Notes: generated by a model not told the origin, from the sequence alone. DNA of 64,000 bases from an uncultured Lachnospiraceae bacterium (GCA_964383665.1 CAYLHO010000001.1:1638-65637), one strand, 5' to 3'. Counted from the stretch's first letter, positions 9,960 to 20,030 are shown. Made by a program: numbers and translations.

Positions 9960-11699
9960 TTGTTTAAACTATTTAGATATTTAAGAGCAAAAGATTGGGT
10001 TATGTTGGCGGTTAGCGGGGTCCTTATTGCGGGCTGCGTTTGGCTTAACTTAAAAATCCCAGAATTCATGAGTCAAATAACAACTTTAATTCAAAGCGGG
10101 GGAACTGTTAAGGAAATTTTAGTTCAAGGCGCATTCATGATTGCATGTGCACTTGCCGATGCAATAATTTCCGGAACGGTTGGGTTCTTGATTTCACGCG
10201 TTGCAACAGGTTTTGCTGCCAGACTTCGTGAAAAGGTTTTTGTTGCAATTCAAAATCTTTCCGAAAATGAAACAAAGAAATTTTCGGTTTCTTCGCTTAT
10301 AACAAGAACAACAAACGACATAACTCAAATCCAAAGCTTTTTGTCGATGGGTGTTCAATCTTTAATTAAAGCGCCAATCATGGCAATTTGGGCAATTTGC
10401 GTTATTGCGGGAAAAAGTTGGCAATGGACGGTTACAACAGCTGTTGCGGTTGTTTTGATTCTTATTGTTGTTGCGTTGCTTATTGCTTTTGTTATGCCAC
10501 GATTCCGCAGGGTTCAAAAACAAATTGATGCGCTTAACAATGTTACGAGAGAAAGTTTAACAGGTGTTAGAGTTGTTAGGGCATATAACGCAGAAAGCTT
10601 TGAGGAAAACAAATTTGAAAAAGCAAACGAAAATTTAACAAAAACTCAACTTTTCACACATCGTGCATTTGGCGTTTTGAATCCATTTATGGTAACGTTA
10701 ACAAACTGTTTAAGTTTGGCAATCTATTGGATTGGCGCAATAATAATTTCTTCGGCAACAGCCGGTGAAAAACTTGGTCTTTTTTCCGACATGGTTGTTT
10801 TCATGTCGTATGCAATGCTTGTTGTTTCGGGATTTATGATGCTTATTATGGTTTTCATTACGATGCCAAGAGCATTTGTTTCCGGAAAGCGTATTAACGA
10901 AGTTTTGGAAAGCAAGTCGGCAATTGTTGGAGGCGAGGGAGCTGCTGGGCAAACTCAAGGCGAAATTGAATTTAAAAATGTTGGGTTCAAATATCCTGAC
11001 GCCGATGCATATGTTTTGCAAAACGTAAGCTTTAAGGCAAAGAAGGGGCAAACCGTTGCGTTTATTGGTTCAACCGGAAGCGGAAAGAGCACGCTTATTA
11101 ATCTTGTTCCAAGGTTTTATGACGCGACAGAGGGCGAAATTTTGATTGACGGCGTTAACATAAAAGATTACACGCTTGACCAACTTAACAAAAAAATTGG
11201 ATATGTTTCGCAAAAGGCATTTATTTTCAGCGGAACAATTCGAAGCAACATTGCCTATGGGAAGGACGCCCAAAACATAAGTGACGATGAAGTTACTAAA
11301 GCGCTTGAAATTGCTCAAGGAGCAAGCATTATTAAGGAAAAGGGCGGAATTGACGCGGAAATAACTCAAGCAGGAAGCAATCTTTCGGGCGGACAAAAAC
11401 AACGTCTTTCAATTGCTCGTGCGCTTGCAAAAAAACCTGAAATTATGATTTTTGACGACAGCTTTTCGGCGCTTGACTATCGAACCGACAAGAAACTTCG
11501 ATCCGCACTTAAAAGACACACAAAAACAACAAATCTTATTGTTGCTCAAAGAATTGGAACAATTCTTAATGCTGACGAAATTGTTGTTTTAGATAAAGGA
11601 GAAGTTGTTGGGCAAGGAACACATAAAGAACTTATGAAAACATGTAAGGTCTATCGTGAAATTGCGCTTTCACAACTTAGCAAGGAGGAACTTGAATGA
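9960..11699 (+). CDS. ABC exporter, fused permease/ATPase subunit 1 of a heterodimer
   Basis: Six-TM N-terminal domain, GSTGSGKST Walker A, LSGGQKQR signature, IMIFDDSFSALD Walker B. TTG start after AGGAG. The stop overlaps the next start (ATGA). Confidence 0.9.
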   Translation: MFKLFRYLRAKDWVMLAVSGVLIAGCVWLNLKIPEFMSQITTLIQSGGTVKEILVQGAFMIACALADAIISGTVGFLISRVATGFAARLREKVFVAIQNLSENETKKFSVSSLITRTTNDITQIQSFLSMGVQSLIKAPIMAIWAICVIAGKSWQWTVTTAVAVVLILIVVALLIAFVMPRFRRVQKQIDALNNVTRESLTGVRVVRAYNAESFEENKFEKANENLTKTQLFTHRAFGVLNPFMVTLTNCLSLAIYWIGAIIISSATAGEKLGLFSDMVVFMSYAMLVVSGFMMLIMVFITMPRAFVSGKRINEVLESKSAIVGGEGAAGQTQGEIEFKNVGFKYPDADAYVLQNVSFKAKKGQTVAFIGSTGSGKSTLINLVPRFYDATEGEILIDGVNIKDYTLDQLNKKIGYVSQKAFIFSGTIRSNIAYGKDAQNISDDEVTKALEIAQGASIIKEKGGIDAEITQAGSNLSGGQKQRLSIARALAKKPEIMIFDDSFSALDYRTDKKLRSALKRHTKTTNLIVAQRIGTILNADEIVVLDKGEVVGQGTHKELMKTCKVYREIALSQLSKEELE

Positions 11700-13495
11700 G
11701 AAATCAGAAATCAGTTGGTAAAGCAAAGAACACGAAGAAAAGTTTGCTTCAACTTTTTAAATATTGCAAGAAATATCTTCCAGTTATAATTATTGGTTTG
11801 GTTTTTTCAACAGTTTCAACTTTGGCAGCTCTTTGGGGACCAAACAAGGTTGGGGAAATTGCAAACTTAATTTCTGGCGGGATGTTTTCGCCAGAGGGAA
11901 TTGACCTTGAAAGGATAACAAAACTTGGAATTTTCCTTGTTTGCCTTTATGCTTTTGTTGGCGTGTTCTGGTATCTTGAAAATTTGCTTATGATTCAATT
12001 TTCGCAAAAGATAAGCAAGAATTTGAGAACAGACATTTCAAAAAAGATAAACAAACTTCCTCTTAAATATTTAGATTCAACCCCAACAGGCGACGTTTTA
12101 AGCCGTGTTACAAACGATGTTGATCTTATTTCAAGTTCTCTTAACAACACGGTTTCAGGAGTTGTTAGCGCAGTTATAATGCTTTTTGGCTCGGTTATTA
12201 TGATGTTTATTACGAACTGGATTATGGCGCTTGCTGCAATTGCGTCTTCGCTTATTGGGTTTGGAGTTATGGCGCTTATAATGGCGAAATCTCAAAAATA
12301 TTTCATGCAACAACAAGAGCAGCTTGGAAAACTTAATGGATATGTTGAAGAAAACTATTCGGGAATTAGCATTGTTCGTGCTTACAGCAATAAAGAAAAT
12401 GCAATAGAAGAATTTTCAAAATTAAACAAAAATTTATATAACAGCGCCTGGAAAAGTCAATTCCTTTCGGGGCTTATGATGCCACTTATGAGTTTCATTG
12501 GAAACCTTGGATATGTTGTTGTTTGTGTTGTTGGAGCTGTTTTAGTTGCTTATGGAAAAATGGATTTTGGAGTTATAATTTCCTTCATTATTTATGTTAG
12601 ACTTTTCTCGAACACTTTAACCGACTTTGCTCAAATTGGATCATATGTTCAATCAATGAGCGCGGCAAGTGAAAGGGTCTTTGAATTCTTGGGCGAAAAA
12701 GAGCTTTCCAACGAATCTAAAAAGAAAAGAAAGATTAGAAGAATTAAGGGCGACGTTGAATTTAAAAATGTTTCATTTGGCTATGACAAGGGCAAAACGA
12801 TAATTCACGATTTCTCTGCTAAAGTTAAAGCAGGGCAAAAAGTTGCAATTGTTGGGCCAACCGGAGCGGGGAAAACAACGCTTGTTAACCTTCTTATGAG
12901 GTTCTACGAAATTAATAAAGGCGAAATTTTGATTGATGGTGTTTCAACAAAGAAACTTTCAAGACAAACCGTCCATGACCTCTTCAGCATGGTTTTGCAG
13001 GATACTTGGGTTTTTGAGGGAACAATTAAAGAAAACATTGTTTACAGCAAAGATAACGTTTCCGATGAAGAAGTTATTGCTGCTTGCAAGTCGATTGGAT
13101 TTGACCACTTTGTTAGAACTCTTCCAAAGGGTTACGAAACAATTTTGGACAGTCAAACAACAATTTCTGCAGGGCAAAAACAACTTTTAACAATTGCAAG
13201 GGCAATGATTCAAAACAGCCCTATGTTAATTCTTGACGAGGCAACAAGCAATGTTGACACGCGAACTGAAATTCAAATTCAAAAGGCAATGGACAAGCTT
13301 ACTCATGGAAGAACAAGTTTCGTTATTGCCCACCGACTTTCAACAATTAAAAATGCTAATTTAATTCTTGTTATGAAAGATGGGAATATAATTGAAAGCG
13401 GAACACATAAAACACTTATGAAAAAAGGCGGATTCTATAAAGACCTTTACGAAAGCCAATTCTCAAGAAAGAGCGCTGAAGTTATTGAAAACTAA
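11696..13495 (+). CDS. ABC exporter, fused permease/ATPase subunit 2
   Basis: GPTGAGKTT Walker A, ISAGQKQL signature, LILDEATSNVD Walker B, AHRLST H-loop. Confidence 0.9.
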   Translation: MRNQKSVGKAKNTKKSLLQLFKYCKKYLPVIIIGLVFSTVSTLAALWGPNKVGEIANLISGGMFSPEGIDLERITKLGIFLVCLYAFVGVFWYLENLLMIQFSQKISKNLRTDISKKINKLPLKYLDSTPTGDVLSRVTNDVDLISSSLNNTVSGVVSAVIMLFGSVIMMFITNWIMALAAIASSLIGFGVMALIMAKSQKYFMQQQEQLGKLNGYVEENYSGISIVRAYSNKENAIEEFSKLNKNLYNSAWKSQFLSGLMMPLMSFIGNLGYVVVCVVGAVLVAYGKMDFGVIISFIIYVRLFSNTLTDFAQIGSYVQSMSAASERVFEFLGEKELSNESKKKRKIRRIKGDVEFKNVSFGYDKGKTIIHDFSAKVKAGQKVAIVGPTGAGKTTLVNLLMRFYEINKGEILIDGVSTKKLSRQTVHDLFSMVLQDTWVFEGTIKENIVYSKDNVSDEEVIAACKSIGFDHFVRTLPKGYETILDSQTTISAGQKQLLTIARAMIQNSPMLILDEATSNVDTRTEIQIQKAMDKLTHGRTSFVIAHRLSTIKNANLILVMKDGNIIESGTHKTLMKKGGFYKDLYESQFSRKSAEVIEN

Positions 13496-13496
13496 T

Positions 13497-13527
13497 AAAA
13501 AAAGCACATTAATTTGTGCTTTTTTTT
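13497..13527. terminator. bidirectional rho-independent terminator
   Basis: A-tract, AGCACA-TTAATT-TGTGCT hairpin and T7 run between convergent genes. Confidence 0.7.
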
Positions 13528-15709
13528 AATTCTTAATAAACAAATATGTTGTGTTTCCAAGCGAATCGTTTTTTTGAACGCGCGAGCACGAACTTCCAAG
13601 CGTTTGATAAATTAAAGTGTTAATTCTTGTTATTGTTAATCCGGAAGAACTGTCAACTGCAATTTCAAATGTGTACATCGACGATTTCTCATTTGCTTTT
13701 ATGTATGTTAAAAGATTTTTGAGTTCGGTTTCGTTGTTTATGAAAAGGTCGAATGTTTTTCCGCCGCTTGTGAAAGAAATGTTTTCATAAACATTGAGTT
13801 TGGTTGTTGCTTTAATGTTTGAATATTCGGTTGGATAGTAACCTTGGGAATTTTTATATTCATCGGTGAAAAGGAATCCGGCATAGGTTAGTGCTTCATA
13901 GCTTGAGTTAACCGTTAAATCGCCGTGGGTTGCATCAATTCCGAACCAGTTTCCATTTATATAAACTTTGTTCCAAGCATGAGCATTCCCAGTTACGCGA
14001 ATTGCTGGAATACCTTCAATTTTTGCCATAATAAGGAAAGCTTTGCAAATGCCATCGCAAACGGCTTTTTCACTGTTGAAAACACCTTCTGCGAACCACG
14101 AATCGTATTTATACCACGTGTTCCCAACAATTTCGTCGGCGGCTTTATGATCATATGAATTGTTGAGAATAATCCATTCATAGATTGCACGTACTTTTTC
14201 AAAGTCCGACATTTCATCGTCGCAAATTTGCCTTAAAACATTTTTTGCTTTGTTGAAAATCAATTCTGCGCTTGAGCTTGGAACGCAAACTGGTTTAAGG
14301 CCTTTTTCAAGAGCATAAACAAGTTGGTTGCTTGTTGAAACTTGAAGTTCTTTTGTTACATTGTTGATTTTAAAATTGTCAAAACTTGAAGTTCTGTTGC
14401 TTTTTGACGAGTGGAGAACATATCCAACTTGCTCTAAAACGCCTTCATGTTTTTGGTCATAAACAAGTTTTGCCTCATCAGTCATGTCGTTTGAAATATA
14501 AATTTTAACATCAGTTTTGTTGTTTTGCCAATAGACATAGCCTGTGTTTTTATAGGAGAATGTTGCCTCGCCAATTGCGGCGGAAACGTCCTCTAAAAGA
14601 TTACTTGTTGAAGAGAATGTTTTATAAACCAATTTTGCTTTGATTGCATTGCTTTTTGTTATGTTATTAAACAGAACATAATCAACCCAGGCAACAAGTT
14701 CGTTAAAACTTTTAATTTCAATTGACTCGGTTGCATTTTTGAATTTGGTAAGATAGCCATAGAAACTGTTTTCAATGATATAAGTTGTTGAAACATAAAT
14801 TGTTGTGTCGTTTTTAATTTCAGCGGTTAAGCTTTGAGGCTTTGTTAATTCAGGGTCGGAAAAGAAATTAAGAGTGTAGCCCGAAAGGCCAAGCGTTTCT
14901 GCGTTTAAAGAAACGTCGTTAAGAGTTTGCCCGTTGTTGAGGGTTTTTGAGTAGTCAATTTTTTTTCCGTCAACAACGAATGAAACGGAAACAGTTTCCG
15001 AACTCCATTTTGCGGTTAGGGTAATATTTCCGGTTGATCCTTTTGTAACAATATAAGGGTTGTGGAGTGTTTCGGTTGACGAATTAAGCTTCCAGCCTTC
15101 GAAAATGAAGTTTTCTTTTGTTGGGTTATTAATTGTGAAAGTTTCGGTTTCAATGTTATAGGAAGTTGGGTTTGAAACAACAAAACCCCCGTTAAGATTA
15201 TAGGATATTGTGTACTGAATGATTGAAAATTTTGGGCGAAGAGTTGCGCCAACAATTTCTTCAACAACTGTTGTGTAAACTTGGTCGCTACCTTCTTTTG
15301 TCCAGCCTTCAAATTTGTAGCCATCTTTTGAGCGTGTTGGAAGAGCTTGCTCAATTGAGAAAGATTGAGAAGAACTTTCATCTCCGTCCACGAAATTGAT
15401 TATTAAATCTTTCTTTTTCCATTTTGCGGTTAAGATTAAATCTTCATGAACAGGTTTGGCATTTGTCCATTTTTCATCGCCGTTGAACCAGCCTTCAAAA
15501 GTGTAACCTTCGCGTTCTGGGGTTGGAAGTTTAATTGTTTTTCCTTCTGTAACTTTAATTGTTGTTTCCTCAAGTTCAGTGCCTTCGCAAACCAAGTCGA
15601 CAGTGTAGGTTGCTTCAAAAAGATCTCTTCTGAAAACTCCAAGATAAATTCCTCCGCCAACAAGTGCAATAATTAAAATTGCAAGAAGTGTTCGTCCAAG
15701 TGCTTTCAT
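13526..15709 (-). CDS. membrane-anchored surface protein with Listeria-Bacteroides (Flg_new-type) repeats and a C-terminal transglutaminase-like cysteine protease domain
   Basis: The start is moved to MKALGRTLLAILIIALVGGG (ATG 15707-15709, preceded by GAGGAAAA). GYTFEGWF, GYKFEGWT and FIFEGWK repeat signatures. Cys...His...Asp triad context VCDGICKAF...GNAHAWNKVY...GIDATHGD. Confidence 0.8.
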   Translation of the reverse strand: MKALGRTLLAILIIALVGGGIYLGVFRRDLFEATYTVDLVCEGTELEETTIKVTEGKTIKLPTPEREGYTFEGWFNGDEKWTNAKPVHEDLILTAKWKKKDLIINFVDGDESSSQSFSIEQALPTRSKDGYKFEGWTKEGSDQVYTTVVEEIVGATLRPKFSIIQYTISYNLNGGFVVSNPTSYNIETETFTINNPTKENFIFEGWKLNSSTETLHNPYIVTKGSTGNITLTAKWSSETVSVSFVVDGKKIDYSKTLNNGQTLNDVSLNAETLGLSGYTLNFFSDPELTKPQSLTAEIKNDTTIYVSTTYIIENSFYGYLTKFKNATESIEIKSFNELVAWVDYVLFNNITKSNAIKAKLVYKTFSSTSNLLEDVSAAIGEATFSYKNTGYVYWQNNKTDVKIYISNDMTDEAKLVYDQKHEGVLEQVGYVLHSSKSNRTSSFDNFKINNVTKELQVSTSNQLVYALEKGLKPVCVPSSSAELIFNKAKNVLRQICDDEMSDFEKVRAIYEWIILNNSYDHKAADEIVGNTWYKYDSWFAEGVFNSEKAVCDGICKAFLIMAKIEGIPAIRVTGNAHAWNKVYINGNWFGIDATHGDLTVNSSYEALTYAGFLFTDEYKNSQGYYPTEYSNIKATTKLNVYENISFTSGGKTFDLFINNETELKNLLTYIKANEKSSMYTFEIAVDSSSGLTITRINTLIYQTLGSSCSRVQKNDSLGNTTYLFIKN

Positions 15710-15851
15710 AAATTTTCCTCTTTTTGAAATTAGTTTTTCTCTTTTATAATAATATATTAAAAAATAAATTGCAATTAAATTATTAAATAAAAAATTTGAA
15801 TTATCAATTAAAAAAGTTTGAAAAAAAACTTTTGCGGTGTATACTAAAAAC

Positions 15852-16955
15852 ATGTATCAAACACTTTACAGAAAGTATCGACCAAACACATTTGATGAAG
15901 TTATTGGGCAAAGCCACATAACAAAAACCCTTTCCAATCAAGTTATTAAAGGGGAAATTTCCCATGCTTATCTTTTTTCGGGAAGCAGGGGAACAGGAAA
16001 AACAAGTGTTGCAAGAATTTTTGCGCGCGCGGTTAACTGCCTTTCGCCAAACAATGGGTCGCCATGCTATGAGTGTGACGTTTGCAAAGCGCTTTCGCTT
16101 CCAAACAACATGGATATTGTTGAAATTGATGCTGCGTCGAACAACAGAGTTGACGAAGTTAGAGAAATTAGAGAAAAAGTTAAGTTCCTTCCAACCAACG
16201 GAAAGTTTAAAGTTTACATTATCGACGAAGTTCATATGTTAACCGACAGTGCGTTTAACGCGCTTTTAAAAACCCTTGAAGAGCCTCCAGCCCATGTTGT
16301 TTTCATTCTTGGAACAACCGAGCCGCATAAACTTCCTCAAACAATTCTTTCAAGATGTTTGAAGTTCGATTTTAAACTTATTTCACCTGTTGAACTTAAA
16401 AAACATTTAGTTTCAATTTTTAATAAAGAAAAAATAAATTTTGAAGATGAAGCGGTTGATTTAATTGTTTCGGCTGCACAAGGCAGCGTTCGCGACATGC
16501 TTTCAATTGCAGATGCCGTTGTTTCGCTTGGCGGCGGAGTTGCAAGTTATGCAAATGCGCTTTCAATGCTTGGAGCAACAAATCAAGATAAACTTTTTGA
16601 GTTTGCAAGTGCAATTTTTGAGGGTAACACAGGAAAAGCCTTTGAAGTTATCGACGAGGCAGTTAAAGGCGGAATTAACATTTCGGTTTTTGCAAAAGAT
16701 TTAACAGTTCATTTCAGAAATTTGCTTGTTGTTAAATCAACAAAAAATGCAACGGAAATTTTAAGTTTGCCTCAAGAAACAATTCAAAAAATGGAACAAC
16801 AAGCCGAAAAAGTTTCGGAAGAGGCTCTTATGTTCCTTATGAAAAACTTTTCGGAAATTGAAGCGGATTTAAAATATGCATTAAGCCCAAGAACACTTGT
16901 TGAAGTTGCAACAGTTAAAGCGATTATGGGCGAAGACGGCTCAAAAAAAAACTAA
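15852..16955 (+). CDS. dnaX: DNA polymerase III subunit gamma/tau, zero-frame product (clamp-loader domains I-III only)
   Basis: MYQTLYRKYRPNTFDEVIGQ, GSRGTGKTS Walker A, zinc module CYECDVC, IIDEVHMLT, SRC motif (LSRCLKF). The zero frame ends TCA AAA AAA AAC TAA. Confidence 0.9.
   Translation: MYQTLYRKYRPNTFDEVIGQSHITKTLSNQVIKGEISHAYLFSGSRGTGKTSVARIFARAVNCLSPNNGSPCYECDVCKALSLPNNMDIVEIDAASNNRVDEVREIREKVKFLPTNGKFKVYIIDEVHMLTDSAFNALLKTLEEPPAHVVFILGTTEPHKLPQTILSRCLKFDFKLISPVELKKHLVSIFNKEKINFEDEAVDLIVSAAQGSVRDMLSIADAVVSLGGGVASYANALSMLGATNQDKLFEFASAIFEGNTGKAFEVIDEAVKGGINISVFAKDLTVHFRNLLVVKSTKNATEILSLPQETIQKMEQQAEKVSEEALMFLMKNFSEIEADLKYALSPRTLVEVATVKAIMGEDGSKKN
16943..16951 (+). promoter_or_regulatory. 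A9 homopolymer / A AAA AAA slippery heptamer at the end of the dnaX zero frame
   Basis: Nine consecutive A residues were counted directly. The zero-frame stop is 2 codons downstream and the -1 frame is open across it. Confidence 0.6.
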
Positions 16956-17293
16956 ATTTTAAAGCAAAAAATGAAAATATTTCTCCAAAACAAGTTTGGG
17001 GAAAACTTTTAACGCGTCTTCGAGAAAGCGGGGAGGCGGCTCTTTTTGTTTCTTGCGGCGAAATTGATAATGTTGAAATTGAAAATGAAACGCTTGTTGC
17101 AAAAACAGAGAAGGAATATATCTTTAACCTTATTGCAAACAACCAAAACATTTTAACAATTAAACGTGCTTTAAGATATTTGGGGTTTAGCATTGGCTTT
17201 GAGGTTAAAAAAGTTGAATCAAAAGATGCTGACATTATGAAAGATATTGAATTTCTTAAAGAAAAATTTAAGGATAATTTAGTTATTGAGTAA
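16943..17293 (+). CDS. dnaX: dnaX C-terminal (tau-specific) segment in the -1 frame, with no start codon of its own
   Basis: The -1 frame is open from 16919 to the TAA at 17291-17293. It reads KKKLNFKAKNENISPKQVWGKLLTRLRESGEAALFVSCGEIDNVEIENETLVAKTEKEYIFNLIANNQNILTIKRALRYLGFSIGFEVKK..., which resembles the C-terminal domain of Firmicute DnaX. The first in-frame ATG is near its very end. Confidence 0.65.
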   Translation, partial: KKKLNFKAKNENISPKQVWGKLLTRLRESGEAALFVSCGEIDNVEIENETLVAKTEKEYIFNLIANNQNILTIKRALRYLGFSIGFEVKKVESKDADIMKDIEFLKEKFKDNLVIE

Positions 17294-17372
17294 GAGGGTA
17301 TAAAACAATTAAATTTTAGTTTTACATTTTAATTTAATTATGTTAATCTAATAAAAAAATAAAGGAGAATTT

Positions 17373-17714
17373 ATGAGTGGATATAGAGGCGGATTTGGAA
17401 ACATGGGCGGCTTTGGCGGCGGGTTTAACATGCAACAACTTATGAAACAAGCGCAAAAAATGCAAGAGGACATGGAAAAAGCGCATGAAGAACTTGTTTC
17501 AACAGAATTTGTTGCGAAATCGGGCGGCGGAATGGTTGAGGTTGTTATGACTGGGGATAAGAAACTTAAGTCGATTTCAATCAAACAAGAAATTGTTGAC
17601 CCGGACGATGTTGAAATGCTTCAAGATTTAATTCTTGCAGCGGTTAACGATGCAATTAGTCAAGTTGAAAAAGTTGAAAAGGAAAACGCTCCTTCTGTTC
17701 CGGGGTTAATGTAA
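17373..17714 (+). CDS. ybaB: nucleoid-associated protein YbaB/EbfC
   Basis: Gly-rich N-terminus, [18 protein letters not shown] and [20 protein letters not shown]. Canonical dnaX-ybaB-recR order. Confidence 0.9.
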   Translation: MSGYRGGFGNMGGFGGGFNMQQLMKQAQKMQEDMEKAHEELVSTEFVAKSGGGMVEVVMTGDKKLKSISIKQEIVDPDDVEMLQDLILAAVNDAISQVEKVEKENAPSVPGLM

Positions 17715-17715
17715 G

Positions 17716-18306
17716 ATGAACGAAATTGAGGCGCTTGAAAAACTTGTTGCGGCGTTTCGAACGCTCCCAGGAGTTGGTTTGAAAACCGCGCAACGATATG
17801 CGTATAAAGTTATAAATTCCGATTTAGATTATGCGGAAAATTTTTCCAGTGCAATTTTGGAAGCAAAAAACAAAGTTGGCTATTGCAAAGAATGTGGGAA
17901 TTTTACCGATGAGGAAGTTTGCATGCTTTGCAAAACAAGAAATCCCAAAACAATTTGTGTTGTTAAAGAGCCAAAAGATGTTATTGCAATGGAAAAATCG
18001 CGAGCATTTGACGGGGTTTATCATGTTTTGCATGGAACAATTAGTCCTCTTGAAGGAAGAGGGCCAAACGACATTCGAATTAAGGAACTTCTTGAAAGAA
18101 TTAACAAATATGAAACCAAAGAGGTTATAATGGCAACCAATCCCGACGTTGAAGGCGATGCAACAGCAATGTATATTGCAAAGCTTTTGAAACCCCTTGG
18201 CGTTAAAGTAACCAGGCTTGCACAGGGAATTTCAATGGGAAGCGAACTTGAATTTGCCGACGAAATAACCCTTGCAAAAGCGCTTGAAGCAAGAAGGGAA
18301 ATTTAG
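17716..18306 (+). CDS. recR: recombination protein RecR
   Basis: [14 protein letters not shown] helix-hairpin-helix, [16 protein letters not shown] zinc finger, Toprim segment [12 protein letters not shown]...[12 protein letters not shown]. Confidence 0.95.
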   Translation: MNEIEALEKLVAAFRTLPGVGLKTAQRYAYKVINSDLDYAENFSSAILEAKNKVGYCKECGNFTDEEVCMLCKTRNPKTICVVKEPKDVIAMEKSRAFDGVYHVLHGTISPLEGRGPNDIRIKELLERINKYETKEVIMATNPDVEGDATAMYIAKLLKPLGVKVTRLAQGISMGSELEFADEITLAKALEARREI

Positions 18307-18314
18307 GAGAAAAC

Positions 18315-20030
18315 ATGGAACTTATAAGAGAAATTGAACGCTGTGTTAATGAAATAATTGAAAAACTTGGGGCAGAGGAAAGAGCGGCTGTTCTTTTTTC
18401 CGATCGCCCAGAAATTTCGGATTTTCAAACAAATGTTGCTTTTTCTCTTGCAAGAACTTTGCATAAATCTCCTGCAATTATTGCAACTGAAATTGCATCA
18501 AGTTTAGATAACAAAAATTTTGAGGCATTTGCAGTTAACGGGTTTTTAAACTTTAAATTAACGAATAAGTGTTTTTCGAAAATCCTTGAACAACTTTTTA
18601 ATGATGAGCGATGCGGAATTGAAAAAATTGAAGGCGAAAAAGTTGTTTTGGATTATGGCGGACCAAACGTTGCAAAACCTCTTCATGTTGGGCATCTTCG
18701 AAGCGCTGTTATTGGGCAAACGCTTAAAAACCTTTTAAATTTTATGGGGAATGAAACAATTGGAGATGTCCACCTTGGCGATTGGGGGCTTCAAATGGGG
18801 CTTACAATTGCTGGGATCATGGAAAGATTCGATTGCACATATTATTTTACTGGAGAAGGCGAAAAGCCAAATTTAACCGAAGAAAATCTTGAAAAAATCT
18901 ATCCAGAAAGCGCGCAAAAAGCAAAAAACGATGCTGAATTTAAAAAACTTGCACAGGAAATTACGGTTAAACTTCAAGCAAAACAGAAGGGATATTACGA
19001 CATTTGGAAAGAAATTCGCGAAATTTCTGTTAATGCAATTAAAAAAACGTATAAACAACTTAACGTCGATTTCGAATATTGGTATGGCGAAAGCGACGCA
19101 GAAGATTATGTTAAGGAAGTTTTTGAAACTTTAAATTCAAAAAATTTAATTGAGAAAAGCGATGGGGCGGAAATTGTTAGCGTTGCAAAAGAAACCGATA
19201 ACAGCCCAATGCCTCCGGTTATTGTTCGTTCAAGTGCGGGGGCGGAACTTTACGCGACAACCGAACTTGCAACAATTGTTTCAAGAGTTAAAGCTTTTAG
19301 TCCTGACAAAATTGTTTATGTAACCGACAACCGTCAAAGCATGCACTTTAATCAAGTTTTCCGTGTTTGCGAATTGAGCGGAATTGGCGAGGGGGTTAAT
19401 TTTGCCCACATTCCTTTTGGAACGGTTAACGGAGCAGACGGAAAACCTTTTAAAACTCGCGACGGCGGAACGATGTATCTTTCGGATTTAATTTCTCTTA
19501 TTGAAAATGCATGCGAGGAAAAAATTCGACAAAGTCAAAAAGTTGAAAGCGAAGACGAAATTAAAAGTCTTTCAAGAAAAATTGGAATTTGTGCTCTTAA
19601 ATTCGGCGACTTAATTAATTTCCCTGCGAAAGACTATGTTTTCGACGTTGAGAAGTTCTCAAGTTTTGAAGGAAAAACCGGGCCATATATGCAATATTCT
19701 GCTGTTCGAATTGACTCAATTTTGGCAAAGGCGGGAAAATTTGAGCCAACTTTTGATGTTGCAACCCAAGAAGAAAAAGACTTAATCATTTCGCTTTTAA
19801 AATTTGCGCAAGATGTTAAAACTGCTTATGAGCAATTTGCTCCAAACATTTTTGTTCAAAGCGCTTATGTTCTTGCTTCAAACTTTAGTGCGCTTTATAA
19901 CAAAACGAAAATTCTTGGCGAAAGCGACGAAAAAAGGCGCAATTCGCTTTTAACACTTCTTAAAACTGTTAGGAATGCGCTTGGAATTTTTGCGCAACTT
20001 ATTGCAATTGAAATCCCTGAAAAAATGTAA
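18315..20030 (+). CDS. argS: arginine--tRNA ligase
   Basis: Class I HVGH motif (PLHVGHLRS). Length and C-terminal DALR-like anticodon-binding region are typical of ArgRS. Confidence 0.9.
   Translation: MELIREIERCVNEIIEKLGAEERAAVLFSDRPEISDFQTNVAFSLARTLHKSPAIIATEIASSLDNKNFEAFAVNGFLNFKLTNKCFSKILEQLFNDERCGIEKIEGEKVVLDYGGPNVAKPLHVGHLRSAVIGQTLKNLLNFMGNETIGDVHLGDWGLQMGLTIAGIMERFDCTYYFTGEGEKPNLTEENLEKIYPESAQKAKNDAEFKKLAQEITVKLQAKQKGYYDIWKEIREISVNAIKKTYKQLNVDFEYWYGESDAEDYVKEVFETLNSKNLIEKSDGAEIVSVAKETDNSPMPPVIVRSSAGAELYATTELATIVSRVKAFSPDKIVYVTDNRQSMHFNQVFRVCELSGIGEGVNFAHIPFGTVNGADGKPFKTRDGGTMYLSDLISLIENACEEKIRQSQKVESEDEIKSLSRKIGICALKFGDLINFPAKDYVFDVEKFSSFEGKTGPYMQYSAVRIDSILAKAGKFEPTFDVATQEEKDLIISLLKFAQDVKTAYEQFAPNIFVQSAYVLASNFSALYNKTKILGESDEKRRNSLLTLLKTVRNALGIFAQLIAIEIPEKM

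Noticed and set aside
15709-15853. N-terminal extensions offered by the ORF track for several genes (13526-15853, 35473-38955, 52579-53079, 59360-60727, 1859-2476, 2515-3540, 52179-52577).
   Set aside because: Each has an internal start with a good Shine-Dalgarno and the expected family N-terminus. The extensions would overlap upstream genes, promoters or terminators.
15804-16235. A 143-aa minus-strand ORF overlapping the 5' end of dnaX, and 16924-17235 (-) overlapping the dnaX -1-frame segment.
   Set aside because: Both are antisense to strongly motif-supported dnaX coding sequence. They have no RBS and an odd composition.
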